DNA of 61,937 nucleotides, filler included, from Sphacelaria rigidula (Eukaryota), in NCBI GenBank assembly GCA_964200075.2. It is 3 parts of 3 records of this genome, joined end to end, with 100 filler letters (N's around TTAATTAATTAA, not from the genome) between each part and the next. Parts side by side here need not be neighbours in the genome. Positions count along the whole stretch, not along the records: positions 1 to 20,590 come from CAXNAA020000514.1; positions 20,691 to 41,270 come from CAXNAA020000515.1; 1 more part is not named here. One strand, written 5' to 3'. Below, piece by piece: positions 14,851 through 26,390 of this stretch (positions within the stretch are counted from its first letter, which is position 1; every line of letters begins with the position of its first letter). The position numbers were made by a program, and so were the translations under genes. Below the pieces are notes generated by a model. The model did no database searches. It was given only the letters and a program-made list of their open reading frames with translations, and had not been told where the DNA came from.

Positions 14851-17800
14851 TTCACACACACCCATCCAATAACCACCCCTCCGGAGCTCTCGATAGTGAG
14901 GGGAAACTTGTGACGTCTGGCATGAATCCTTGTGGTGATATGTCAACTGCTATCGCCGTTTCTCATGTGGGATCTGGGGGCACCTTCCCGTCATGGCGCC
15001 CCGCTCCTCTCGAAGCCTCACAAACAGTGACCATTTCCGAAAATCGAGAGTGGATGCGTGCCTGCAGTTGGTAGGGCCCCTCGATATTATACTCTCTCAG
15101 CAATTATTTGTGGATTTTAGGGGTACCCCCCATTCAACACTGGAGAACCGCCTTGCGTCCAGCGCCAGCGTTGAGCTAAACGTTGACTCTTTGAATGCTC
15201 AGGTTATCCATGAGTTGAATCGCCGCCATGTTACTAAAAACACAACCTGCATCTGAGTGGTACGATCAGAGTGCAGCTACTCCGAAATCTACCCGTTGGC
15301 CCTTGTCAACTGCACTTCATCTGACGATATTCGCAGGATGCGGAACCAATTGCTTCTCGGAGGCGAGGAGGGCCTTAAGTACTCTTGATGTGCTAGCGTA
15401 CAAAGTTCCAACTTCACATTTCATAAAAGTGAAGCTGGTTTCTGCTGCGGGTAAAAATTCGACCAAGAGGTTTTTGTGTGACTCCGTTTTTGCGTCATGA
15501 TTCTTGCGATCGGATTTTTGTGATGGTTTCTTTGCTAGATTTTTTCAGTCTACAACCCTCACGATTTCGGTTTTGGGGGATAACTTCATGAAACGAACAC
15601 CAAACGCATCCTGCTCCAAGGGGCACCTGGACACACAGCAGTTACCACTGCTTACCTAGGATCATCCTCCAAATCGAAGTCTTGGGTGAGAACCCCCAGC
15701 GTTTGATGCTCATGTACAGCGAAGGGTGATATTCATCTAGTATCATGCTTCAAAACGTACCTGACAAGGGGGCAACACCCTCCTACAGACACTAGCAATG
15801 CTAGCGAATCCTACGTCCTGAGAGTCTGTGACAGTCTGACAGCCGGCAAGGTGGTTTTGGTATTGTCCTTCTAGCTATGTCAACTAAGAGAGCACTGGAG
15901 CAGACTTTCCAGGTGAATATTTCGGCGATTGCGCCTCACCTACAGGTGGCTCAGATGTTGAGGATTCATGTACAGGTGGAAACATAACAGACCCTCTGTC
16001 ACATTATAAGTCGAGACGTGCCAGACCCTGCATTACATATGGAAATGTACCCAACGGTGGACGGAAGATTTCTACAGTCAGAATAAACACGATGTTGGAA
16101 GTGTAATGCATACAATGTGTTGTGTGTATTGTCGTCCCATCTATTCTGGACGCCCGTCTCCACCTTTCAGTATATGTAGGCGCACCAGCTGCGGCTGTGT
16201 TACCATTCAGCTTCGCCCAAGATACAGGCAGCCATTACCGCGGCGGAGGCGGCCTTTCACTCCTGCGTGCGCCACCTGGGGCAAACACACACTGTAGTTG
16301 CAACACGGACAGCTTTACAAAATGTGGCGTGATATCCCGCCTACACGTTTCCCGCAGATACAAGCGGCTGCGTTCATGATGTGGTGAACTGCATAGGACA
16401 ACGCGACACAGGACAGGAATAGGCTACAGATTTCACCTCCTGCGGTGTGCTTTGTCACCTTGTACCCTACCGCTGTGCAGTGAGCAGGTAGTACCGCCGA
16501 ATGCCTCACGATGCGGTTGGTACACAGTTATGGGCGCGCCTGACCCCCCAAAATGGGCAAAAAAAGTGTCACCGACCAAAAGCACGAACAGACACGATCA
16601 CACCGACTTCTGGGGCTCATCCAGGCTCGTGGGGTAAAATGTGCCTTACATCATCGGAAGAGAACGGCATGGATCCAAAATTTATGTCGAGAAAGAGTGT
16701 ACTGCATTCAAAACTCATAACCCTACCGTTTCTTCCGTTGTTGTTCCTCATATATTACATGCCACTGGGTCACTTTTCGTCCGCGCTTGCGATACACTGG
16801 CATGCAAGGAGGCTGGTTGGGTTGAACAAACCCAACGCACACCGAGAACACTCTGGGAACGGTGGTACATACATTCCTTGCGGAAAGTTAGGCCTTGGTA
16901 GACCCCAAGTCGGCGCCTGTGGCACCGTTTCATTGAACACGCGTTGTGCGCAGCCGAGGAGCACACGGGACCGTCAGCCCTAGTAAAATTCCCATTCTCG
17001 TTCTACGCACTCAAATCAAGTAATATCAAACAAGAACATTTGTAGGCCAACGCCGGTAACTGGAACCAGGAAGCTGAACCATTGTTTTGGGGGATGCGGA
17101 TCAAAGTTGGGTCAACGCGACGTGCTCAACATGCGACAAAGCCATATGTACTGATAAACTTCAACGAGGACGGCCCTTACACAGACGGTTGGAGTACAAA
17201 TAGTCACCGGGTGTGTAGTGTGGGCTGGGCCAGTATTGGTCCAGACTAGACGCCTTGGAGAAGGCAGCCTCAGTACACCTTCGCCCTGATATGTTCTCAT
17301 GAACAGAGGCTCAAGCAGTGTGTGCTAGGTTGCAATGCACAGTAGCTGCGCAAAAATAAATAAATGCGATCCGAACCACGGTAGTAGCAGTGCTAATCAA
17401 GATTTTCACAGAAATAAGTTATCCCCTTGTAGTTTACAAAATGAACCAGAGCCCGTAGTTTCCCCACGACTGCAAAGCTCACTGGTAAGGACTCACTTGG
17501 AACTCAGAGCAACGGTGGCAAGGCTGGTGACGTCCTGGGCCCAAAATAGAGTGCTCATGGTGGGCCCTCAGGGCGGCGGTGTGGCTACCTTACGCAGGAA
17601 TTATATCCGTATCTAATCATGATACAATAACTGAAGAGCAGAAATCCTCCATCCAACGAACGTTTCGGGAACACTATCCGTTGTGCACATTACCATTGGA
17701 TGTGCAGACATCAACCATACTGTATCTCTCATCGACTTTACAGGACATCAAATTGGATCTTCCATCAAGCTGACATATCTCAAGCCAATCAAGATTCATA

Positions 17801-18211
17801 TCCAAACGTTCATTTACTCCGAGATCTTTATGTCTAGAACGCTGCTGTACCTTATCGACGCTAGTCCCTTCAAATACCATAACAATGGCCCACTCCGAAG
17901 CGTGAGCATGCAGACGCTCGAAGAGCTTCGAAGGCTCACGTTTCACCATCATCTCCCACACCACAAAAAAAAAGGGAATAGGAAAATGAAACAAGGGGCA
18001 AAGAAGAACTCCCTCATCATGGCAAATAACGAAGTTCCAGCTCCGGCGCAGGGTCCATGCGGTTGCGCCATCAGCCAGTCTCTGGTACATACAGAGGAGG
18101 CGCTTGGCCTACGAACCACAACCTACAAGACAAGCATGTCACCCGGATGGTCAAATTCAACCCACCAACATGAAATACAAACAAGCTATACGCCGCCGAA
18201 AAATCAGCGCG

Positions 18212-18525
18212 TCACTCGGAACAAGGCTTTCGTGAGATTGAGAGTAGAGTATACGATTGAGAGTGAAAAGCGGTCAATTAGTGAATGAATCGTTTCAGTT
18301 CCGAAATGCCCCCACATGAGGCCCGATATTTTTCTGTAGTAGCTTGCCACTGAGGCCCTTGATATCCCTGAGTAGGATATCGACGTGTAGCTGTAAGCAC
18401 ACGCTAGTGATGGAGGCAAAAAAAGCACACACGGAATGATAAATTGGCTGACTTAAAGCTAATTACCAAAGCCACTCTCAATCAGCGCTCTACTCTCAAT
18501 CTCACGAAAACGTTGTTTCGGATGG
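18212..18525. repeat. Inverted-repeat (MITE-like) element
   Basis: TTTCGTGAGATTGAGAGTAGAG..GATTGAGAGTG (to 18265) is inverted with CACTCTCAATC..CTCTACTCTCAATCTCACGAAA (from 18473). Confidence 0.7.
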
Positions 18526-18839
18526 TCTCACGATCAACTCTCTGGAAACACACACAAACCAGACTATTCCTCGGGCAACGGGAACTGTATTACCCACGAT
18601 CGAACGAACATCAAGGGGGGGCGCAACACTCGCGGTAGGATTTCACGTTGATCGGTTTCAAGGGGCCCGCCAAGGCATAACGATCAAGAAGACATCACTT
18701 TCAACATTGAGGTAGTGCATGCAAATACTCATACCGGTGGAAAGATCAACGAGATAGCTCGCAGTATAGGATCTAGGAGCGGCAGCAGTGGCCGGTTGAA
18801 GCTCCAGGATCGTGCAGCGATAATCGCAGCACGATGCGT

Positions 18840-19280
18840 ACTGAGGAAGCCTGGAGGGATCGGTCATCCGTTGGCACAAATGTCGAATACACAGCCGGTT
18901 ATATGAAGGAACACTCACTGAGGAAGCCCTTGAGGAATCGGTCATTCATTTTCGCAAATGTTCAGTTAAGGAGAAGAGACGGGGTGTCTCGGATCCAACG
19001 ATTCACGAGGAAGCGAAGGTCGTGGAGACGCAGGAACAAAAACGAGAAAAATGAAAAAAAACGAGAGAAAAAAAAAGCATAATGGACATCGGCACATGGC
19101 AATTTGCTGAGGACGCCCTTGGGGTATCGGTCATCCGTTTTCGCAAATGTTGGGCTGGAAAGAAGGGATGGATCGTCTCGGGTCCGACAGGCCACTAGAA
19201 CCGCCTGCAATTGTGGCTTCCGTGAAGGTCGGAGAGACGCAGGAACAAAAACAAGAAAAAGCAAAACAACGAACAAGAGA
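18840..19280. repeat. Degenerate three-copy local repeat
   Basis: CTGAGGA(A/C)GCC...ATCGGTCAT(C/T)C...CAAATGT at ~18841, 18918 and 19107; GAGACGCAGGAACAAAAAC occurs twice. Confidence 0.75.
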
Positions 19281-19735
19281 AAAGGTGGCTGAGACTCTCA
19301 CAGTTAGTAACGAGCAAGTGCAGTGAATATCTCAGCGCAAAATGGATGACAGTGAAGGGGAAAGGCTACAACGTCGTCTCAGTTCTCCAGAAATGTCGAG
19401 CCGAACAAGGACGGAAGGGTGAAGTTGCGGGATGCTCGCAACTCACAACTCGATACGATGAACACACACACGTCTTCAAGTAATTCACCCGGTCACCAAT
19501 TTCAGGTGGGTTAATGGATGCAAAACCTCATTGTGGGGTCTTCACAAATACTGTACGGTGGGCTATGACAGTGGGTCGAACCAATTGTCGAGATGAAAAC
19601 AAAACGCTCGTGCCAATGCGCTTGGATCATCTTGTCTGTGGACACAAATGTGTTCGAACAAGGGCACCACAGTTCCAGGACCAGATCACCCCGACCTACA
19701 ATATGCGACGCTTCCAAAACGACATGGAAACGTGA

Positions 19736-19905
19736 ACATACGCACACAAACACACCCATAAGCATACACGCACATGCATGCACACGTATGCGCATACATA
19801 CACCCACATACACACGTATGCGCATACATACATCTACATACATATGCACATACACACACATACATATGCGCAAACACACACATACACATACACATATACA
19901 TTCAC
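19736..19905. repeat. Degenerate (CA/TACA)n microsatellite
   Basis: Seen directly in the sequence. Confidence 0.85.
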
Positions 19906-20015
19906 ATTATGATGTACTTCAGGGTTGCTACATGCGTCGGTACTTCTGCTCTCACCGTGAGAGAAGCTTGCCGCCACTGACCCCGGTTGGGGGACCTGGG
20001 CGATACCCACCGACG

Positions 20016-20505
20016 TCACTGAGTCCGTGACCGGTGCTCCTTCTCCCCCCAGACTGGTAGGCCCCGCCGACTGGCGGAGCCCGCACCCTCAGGTGCTCCG
20101 CCATTCCCGCCAAATTTGTGGGAAAACGGCGCCACTGTAGTCGCTGCGGCCGCCGGTGCCGCTGGTGCAGGTGGTTTTGCCGTCGCCGCCGCCGGGGCTG
20201 TTGGTGTTATCTTGACCGTCGATGGCGGCTGAAGGGGCGGGGCTCCGACGGCTTCTTGCTTGCTGGTGTGGTCCGGGAGGCGGCAGCTGCGCCCCCATGG
20301 GCAAGGGAGCCCCTGCCGTGCTCGCAAGCAGACGCCCGCCGACGAGGCCCATGACGCTAGTTCCGCTTTGAAATCTGTGTTCGGTGAGGTGAGTTGTAGC
20401 CACTGGGGCGGGTACGACGGAGGGTGGGGGGTCATGCGCTTTATCGCGTTGCTCGCGCCTCCGTCGGGGAGCGCCTTTCGCTTGGCGGCTGTCTCGGGGA
20501 CGGGC
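20016..20505 (-). pseudogene. gag-like fragment with CCCH-like finger (probable second YR-type element)
   Basis: KRKA...QWLQ...CLRARQGLPCPWGRSCRLPDH followed by a Pro/Ala-rich tail, the same layout as the gag end at 30680-30999. Confidence 0.4.
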
Positions 20506-20582
20506 TGCGCGGGTGAGTCTAGTTGGTTGTCTCTTAAACCGTCACAAAAGTTAGTCGCTGGTTCGATTCCCGTCGGACGCAC
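20506..20582 (+). other. tRNA-derived sequence (SINE head or tRNA pseudogene)
   Basis: A-box-like AGTCTAGTTGG and B-box GGTTCGATTCCC at tRNA spacing, followed by a T-rich run; the stems are imperfect. Confidence 0.5.
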
Positions 20583-20590
20583 TTTCTTTG

Positions 20591-20690
20591 NNNNNNNNNN
20601 NNNNNNNNNNNNNNNNNNNNNNNNNNNNNNNNNNTTAATTAATTAANNNNNNNNNNNNNNNNNNNNNNNNNNNNNNNNNNNNNNNNNNNN
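20591..20690. other. Assembly gap with TTAATTAATTAA linker
   Basis: N run with a central stop-in-all-frames linker; identical construct at 41271-41370. Confidence 0.95.
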
Positions 20691-22932
20691 CTGCACGTGA
20701 AAACCGATGACTCGCGAATGCGATGATGCGGGAGTCGTTTTCCACTGACTGAAGGAGGGTGGCCCCCGCATCCACTGTGCTGGCGTCGGTCTGCAATTCG
20801 AACGTGCTATTCATGTCGGGGAAAGCGAGGATCGTTGGTGATGCTAAGGAAGACTTGAGTGTCTGGAATGCTGTTTCCTGGTCATCACCCCACGGGATGG
20901 TCAACTTTCGTGCACGACGTGAGGCAAATTCTTTGTTGCGAAGAATGTTGGTCAACGGGGCGGCTATTATGCTGTACTTCTCGACAAACTGTCTGAGATA
21001 CCCGGTGAGTCCGAGAAACGAACGGAGTTCCTCAACAGTGCGTGGACGCGGCATCTTAGCGACTGCGGTGAGTTTGGACGGGGCCGGTTGTATCCCTGTG
21101 CTATCGAGCAACATGCCAAGAAATTCCTGAGACAGTGCTGCAAAGCTGCACTTGGCAAAGTTAACCGAGAATCCTGCAGTCGACAATCGTTGCAAGATTA
21201 TGGTCAGTAGTGCCAAGTGCTCATCCCACGTGGGGCTGGCTATGAGGATGTCATCTAGCCAGCTGTGTACACCGGTCAGGTTGCCTATCGTTGATTTTAC
21301 CGTACGAGTGAATGCTGCCGGGAGTACTGTCAGTCCGAAACCCGCCCTGGTGAACTCAAAGAGTAGGCCGTCTGCATCTCTGAACGCCGTCTTGTGGCGG
21401 TCTTTTTCGGCGATCTCGATTTGGTGGAATCCTGAGGCTAGATCTAGTTGCGTGAAATATCTCTTGCCCTTGAGACCATCAAATATAGACTGCATGTCAC
21501 CCAGTCCTCCGCTATCAGACACTAAAAGCTTGTTCAGAGCACGCCAGTCGATGCACAGGCGTAAGGTACCGTCTTTTTCCTTGACACAAAGACATTGTGC
21601 GGCTCATGGAGAGGTTGAGGGGCGGATAACTTCGCGGTCAAGAAGCTTATGAATTGCTTCTCTGATCATTCGGCGTTCTTCCGGCCAGAAGCGGCGTTGT
21701 TTTGCGGCGAAAGGCGTGCTACTTTCGTCGACCAATGGTAATTCTAGCTCACCATTAATGCAGGCTGGCACTCGCTTGGGATCCGTGGGAAGCAATCCTG
21801 CTTCCACGAAATCCCGTAGGACGCGCACCAGTTCCGCCTTCTCTGCTCCCCCGAGCCGTCCCATGTTTGCATCCGACACCCGGACCTGGCTAGGTTTTGA
21901 GATAAGTTGACCACGCTCAGGGCACGAGGGGGGTGCGGGCACGGTAGGTTGGTCTACCGTTGATGGTGTGTCGTCGAAAAGGGAGTGAAAGCGAGCAGGA
22001 TCGCGCACGTTGAGGGCTATCAAGCGCGCGATTGTTCCGCGTGTCTTCACCTCAGCTTTATCCTTACCTCTATTTACTAACTTACAGTAACCTGGACACC
22101 CTGGTACCCACCACAACACTCCTTTGGCTATCCCTACCAACGGTTCACCGTCCAGGTCGTACTTAGCCAAGGGCAGGATCAGCCCTAGCTGCTTATCCTG
22201 GGGTTGGGGTTCCATGACGACTGATTCTACCGCCATGCTTACAAACCCATCGATGGAGACGGAACGCTCGACCAGCTCGATGCTCCACTCCCTCGTGCCG
22301 TCGTCTTCCCAGGCAATGTCGCTGTAGCTGGGGGACTTACAGGGCGCGGCAAGAGGCATGGCTAGCGAACAAACTTCGTTGAGCGTTTCAAGGGCCGAGA
22401 TGTTTGGTTTAGCATGTCGGGGGCTATCATTGGTCAAAAACGGGATCCACGGTGCGGACGGGGTAGGGCGAAACCCTACTGTGGCTTTGAACTCGAGAGT
22501 GCTACGGTTTGCCCTAAAACCCTCTGCCCCAAGAATGAACCCGTAAGGTAGGTCCTCGACCACCCTGACTGTTAGATCACGAACGCGAGTATCCTTAGCG
22601 AACAAGATAGGTATCACGAGTGATCCAGCTATAGACATCGGGGATACCTTGCTCCGTGAGGGGTTGGCAGCGCGAAGGGCGCCAGCATTGTTCGTGTCCA
22701 GCTTGGCATGTATTACTTCTGCTTTTATGAGGCAACGCCACAAAAACCCAGACATGTAATTGCCCCCGCCTGCCCCGGTGTCCCACAGTACCTCGAATGG
22801 CCACGACTTCCGAGCCCGGTTCCGGTGCCAGATCTCTCCCGCCACCCACAATTTGTTACCGAGACGGCCCGCGATGGCTGCCAAGTCCTCCTCCAGCAAG
22901 TTCCCCAGGTTGAGAATACCTGGGGTGTCCCC
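20691..22932 (-). pseudogene. pol: Gypsy pol (aspartic protease, RT, RNase H), truncated at the gap
   Basis: DTG protease motif; RT motifs SP*AA (TGA at the usual Trp), DLASGFHQI, FGL, WLDD, FLG, LRSFLGLTGY; RNase H motif TDAS. Confidence 0.92.
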
Positions 22933-24870
22933 TCATTCTTCGCTGTTGCTGTCGGAGGACGTCCCTTCTTCTTCGTCTTCCCGTCCATCATCGCTACCCT
23001 CGTTGATCAGGCCCATGTCGATCGCCGCTAGGTATTGGGATTCCGGAAGAGCTGCGAGGCGCATTCGGGGGACAGCGGCTCTACGGCGGGCCCAGACGTT
23101 CCTGTAGTGAGCAGGCGAGATAATGCCGTGCGTGTACGGACAGGGAGGGCCGTCACGGCGGCGGCAGGTACCTGTGAAAGCGTGGCCGAAGCAGATCTTG
23201 TTCCTGCGGAGGTAATCGATGACCTCGTCTCGGTCGCCAGTCGGGGAGGGGGCAGCTTGATCGTCACGGGTGCTCACAGCCGACGACGAACTTGGAGGTG
23301 GGGGTGGTGCAGCAGGCGACGAAGACACTTCTTTCGCGGCCACTGCCCAACCTTGATTGTGAACTTCTCTGGCCAACCGTTGCTTCTGCTCCACGAAAGG
23401 TACAGCGTGCTGTCCTGGGATGACCCCTGGTGTGTTGTTGAATGCTGCCGCCAGGGCCGGTGTCTGCTGCTGAGCGCGCTTGTTCGACTGCGGTTGCGGT
23501 TGCGCGTACTCTGTCTGTGGTAAGATTCTGGGAGCGGACGCAGGATCTGCGGCAAGACGGGGCATTAATCCTTCCTTTCCACCGCGGAGCGCAGCGAATT
23601 GCACGGGGGACATTTGTTAAATATCCTCTAGCGAGAAAAGGCGATCTGGCCCTACCGTGCGACTTGTTTTTTTCTGATCGGGCTTCCTATAATGTGACGA
23701 GGGGCGCGCAGTGAGAACTTTGATAAACTCTTCGTACAACCCTTTTGCCACTTCACCACGGCGGCGCATAGGTCCCCTCAGGGGGTTTTGCAGCTCCTCT
23801 GCCATGCCGGCGAGCTTGGTGTCTGCTACACTCATTTTCTAGTGGAGCATTGATTTCATGCCCTCCCTGCGCGCTTCATCGGGCAAGACGGCTCGGACGA
23901 TGCGTTCATATAGTTCGTTCAGTTGCTCTTTCGTGATGAAAGTCCAGAAAAAGTCAGTCTCAGTGGCATGCGGACAGCTTGCGCTAGCTAGGGTGGCTTT
24001 ATAAGCCAACGAAACTCGCTCAGCCGCATGCTCCCAAGATTCACCGTTTTTCAGGGTGATCTCCTTCGACGCTTCTCGTGCATTTTCGGCGGAGTTACTG
24101 TTAAGAGCTTGTTCACGCACCAACAGACGCAACCAATCGGTAGCCGTTACCTGATCATGGCGGACAATTTTCGATCCTCCTGAGATTCGGTACACCCGAA
24201 TGTCGGTGCCCGATAGCAGAGCTGTGGCAGTAGTGCTACCCTTTGCAAGCAAGTCTGAGAGTAAGTCACGGCGGCGGGGCGAGTACTTGTCGACTTTAGT
24301 GCCCCACCTTCCTCCACCCAGCGGTACGTCTTCGAGGAGCTTCAGCGCGGCACGTTCCACGTGATGCAATGTGCTCCAAATCTTTTCTTGAAGAAGTACT
24401 GCACTGTTCGCTATGGTTAGCTTACCAGGGAAAGTTCCCGCGTACACTGGCATCCTTGAGGTGTTTGCAATGCGATTCAGCACCCGTTTGTTCACCTTAG
24501 TCAGTTGATTGGCTTCGGCCCCTTCCATCCCTTCCTCCCTGTTGACGCTTCCCTCCGTCTCGTTTCTGTCCCTGGATGACCGATTGTCACGGTTCGTTCT
24601 GGGACGGCTCGTGGAGCGGTAAGTCACGCGGGACAAGTTGCGGCGAGGAAAGGTAGAACGAGAGCGCGAGGGGCGGAGGGAGCTACGGCGAGGACTACGG
24701 GAGTCTCGTGAATCGGAACGGCTACGACCACGGCGGTGAAAGCGAGAGCGGGAGCGAGAGTCCCGGGAATCGGAACGACTGCGGCGTGTTGAGGAGAACC
24801 TGGAGTCTGAGCGGCGTCTATCGTTCTTCCTTCCCCGTCCCTCACCACGTTCAGCGCCCCTGCCAGACAT
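22933..24870 (-). pseudogene. gag: Gypsy gag with RS-rich N-terminus and C-terminal CCCH finger; two premature stops
   Basis: ORFs 23839-24870, 23617-23835 and 22933-23613 share one frame, separated by a single TAG and a single TAA. Finger CFGHAFTGTCRRRDGPPCPYTH is followed by an acidic tail before the TGA at 22933-22935. Confidence 0.75.
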
Positions 24871-25256
24871 TTTGTTTTTTCACGTGTAATATGCTTTACT
24901 TATTGACTAGTACAGCATGAAACAGTACAGCATGAAACATCGGCGGGGCTCGTGTGTTTCGTCAATTCCCATCGTCACAATGAGATGTAATCCAAGAAAA
25001 CAGCGATGCGCAGCGACACAGTTTTTGTTTGCCCCATATCAGTATGAGGCAAGGAAACGAAAACCGATAACAACGGCCGAGAGAGGGAAAAGGACGCCGA
25101 CAGGACAGAATGGGGAAGAACGGAGGCATCGCGTGGATTAGTAAATGTTTTCAATGGCAGTCAGCGTGGTCAGCGTTCAAGGACTGATGATCTTTTGCAA
25201 GGACTCACTATCTTGTTATGATGATTTTCCATTTTGAAAATTATCAGTCGAGAAGA

Positions 25257-25535
25257 ATCGGTCCTCAAGAGGTTGGTCATCAAAGGATTGTCGTCAATCA
25301 AAGCAACCGCAGCAATGAACAGTACGGGCAGCGGCGGGTTCAACACGAATTTCTAAATTACCGGCCAACCCGTACACACAATTAGTAACATGTGTGATCG
25401 GTCCTCAAAAGGTTGGTCATCAAAGGATTGTCGTCAATCAAAGCAACCGCAGTAATGAACAGTACGGGCAGCAGCGGGTTCAAAACGAATTTTAAGTTAC
25501 CGGCCAACTCGTACACACAATTAGTAACATGTGAG
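25257..25535. repeat. Two-copy ~140-bp tandem duplication in the Gypsy 5' leader
   Basis: ATCGGTCCTCAA..GGTTGGTCATCAAAGGATTG...ACACACAATTAGTAACATGTG starts at 25257 and again at 25397. Confidence 0.9.
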
Positions 25536-25616
25536 ATCCCGACCAAAAGGGATGATGGTGACGCGATGCAGGGAAAGCCACTCGAGTGTGCTGGTAGGCC
25601 ACAACGGCGAACAACG

Positions 25617-25627
25617 TCTCATCACCA
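25617..25627 (-). promoter_or_regulatory. Candidate primer-binding site of the Gypsy element (possibly tRNA-Leu)
   Basis: The minus strand reads ...CCTCTTCA|TGGTGATGAGA, i.e. an LTR-like CA end directly followed by TGG. It is complementary to a tRNA 3' end TCTCATCACCA and lies ~750 nt upstream of the gag ATG. The far end of the LTR could not be fixed. Confidence 0.4.
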
Positions 25628-25693
25628 TGAAGAGGTGCATTTCAGGGGAACAGATGCGTGGGGACCTCGGTGTGACAATTGAGGCACGTATGG

Positions 25694-25807
25694 TACACGG
25701 GTGGCCACTGGGGTGCCTGCAACCTCAATTTTGGACGTTACAGACCTTGTGCAACGTCTGTAACGTCCAAAATCGAGTTTACAGGCATCCCAGCGGCCAC
25801 CCGTGTA
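25694..25807. mobile_element. 114-bp hairpin MITE
   Basis: 52-bp inverted arms (TACACGGGTGGCC...TTACAGAC) with 5 mismatches and a 10-nt loop. Confidence 0.75.
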
Positions 25808-26159
25808 ATGACAATCGTTTATCGGTAAAAGCTCATGCGGTCGAAGTGGGGCACAGTACAAGCAGCAGAGTGGGAAACTACGCGTGACTTTACATGCAGG
25901 TGTAAGAGGCATTACGCGCACATGAGGGCTAAACAGGCAGTGCGATAGCCAGCAGGGTATAACTACCCATGGGCGGTAAAGGCAAAAATCGCAACGCCTC
26001 AGGCGGGACAATATCCGTAGAGCAGCAAAACAAAATCGGGACAGTAGCCGCCGATCAGCAGAACAAAATTGCATTGTTCTTTAAGCGGAACAGTAACCAC
26101 ACAGCAGGGTAACTGACAGCACAGCCGAAACAGCCGCGGCAACTGCAACATGAAAGTTT

Positions 26160-26390
26160 ATAGTAGCAACAAAAGCGACAGCAACACAGCAAAGCAGCAG
26201 CGACCGCAGTGGCCATAACAACAGCAGACGATAACAGGCAGAAGCAACGCCACCACCACCACCACCAACAGCCGATAACAAGAGCGATAGACGGTAACAG
26301 CAGCACAACAACAGAGATAAAGGACAACAACGAGAGACGCAGCAAACAAACAAACAACAGCCACAACAACGGCTAACAACAACGCGACTG
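26160..26390. repeat. CAA/CAG/CAC-rich low-complexity tract
   Basis: Seen directly in the sequence. Confidence 0.75.

Larger units (their letters stand above)
20691..25627 (-). mobile_element. Ty3/Gypsy LTR retrotransposon, decayed, internal region; 3' part lost in the assembly gap
   Basis: A single reading frame runs gag, protease (VLWDTGAG), RT (LRLCIDWRALN, LDLASGFHQ, WLDD), RNase H (LQTDAS, IIAFAS). This order and these motifs are Gypsy-type. There are 4 in-frame stops and no frameshifts. Integrase and the 3' LTR are not visible. Confidence 0.93.

Noticed and set aside
15120-15400. GTPHSTLENRL as a pogo-type helix-turn-helix remnant
   Set aside because: The match is too short, with no supporting transposase motifs nearby.
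20591-20690. TTAATTAATTAA motif inside N runs (also 41271-41370)
   Set aside because: It is an artificial scaffolding linker. Adjacency across these gaps is unverified, so the Gypsy truncation is not treated as biological.
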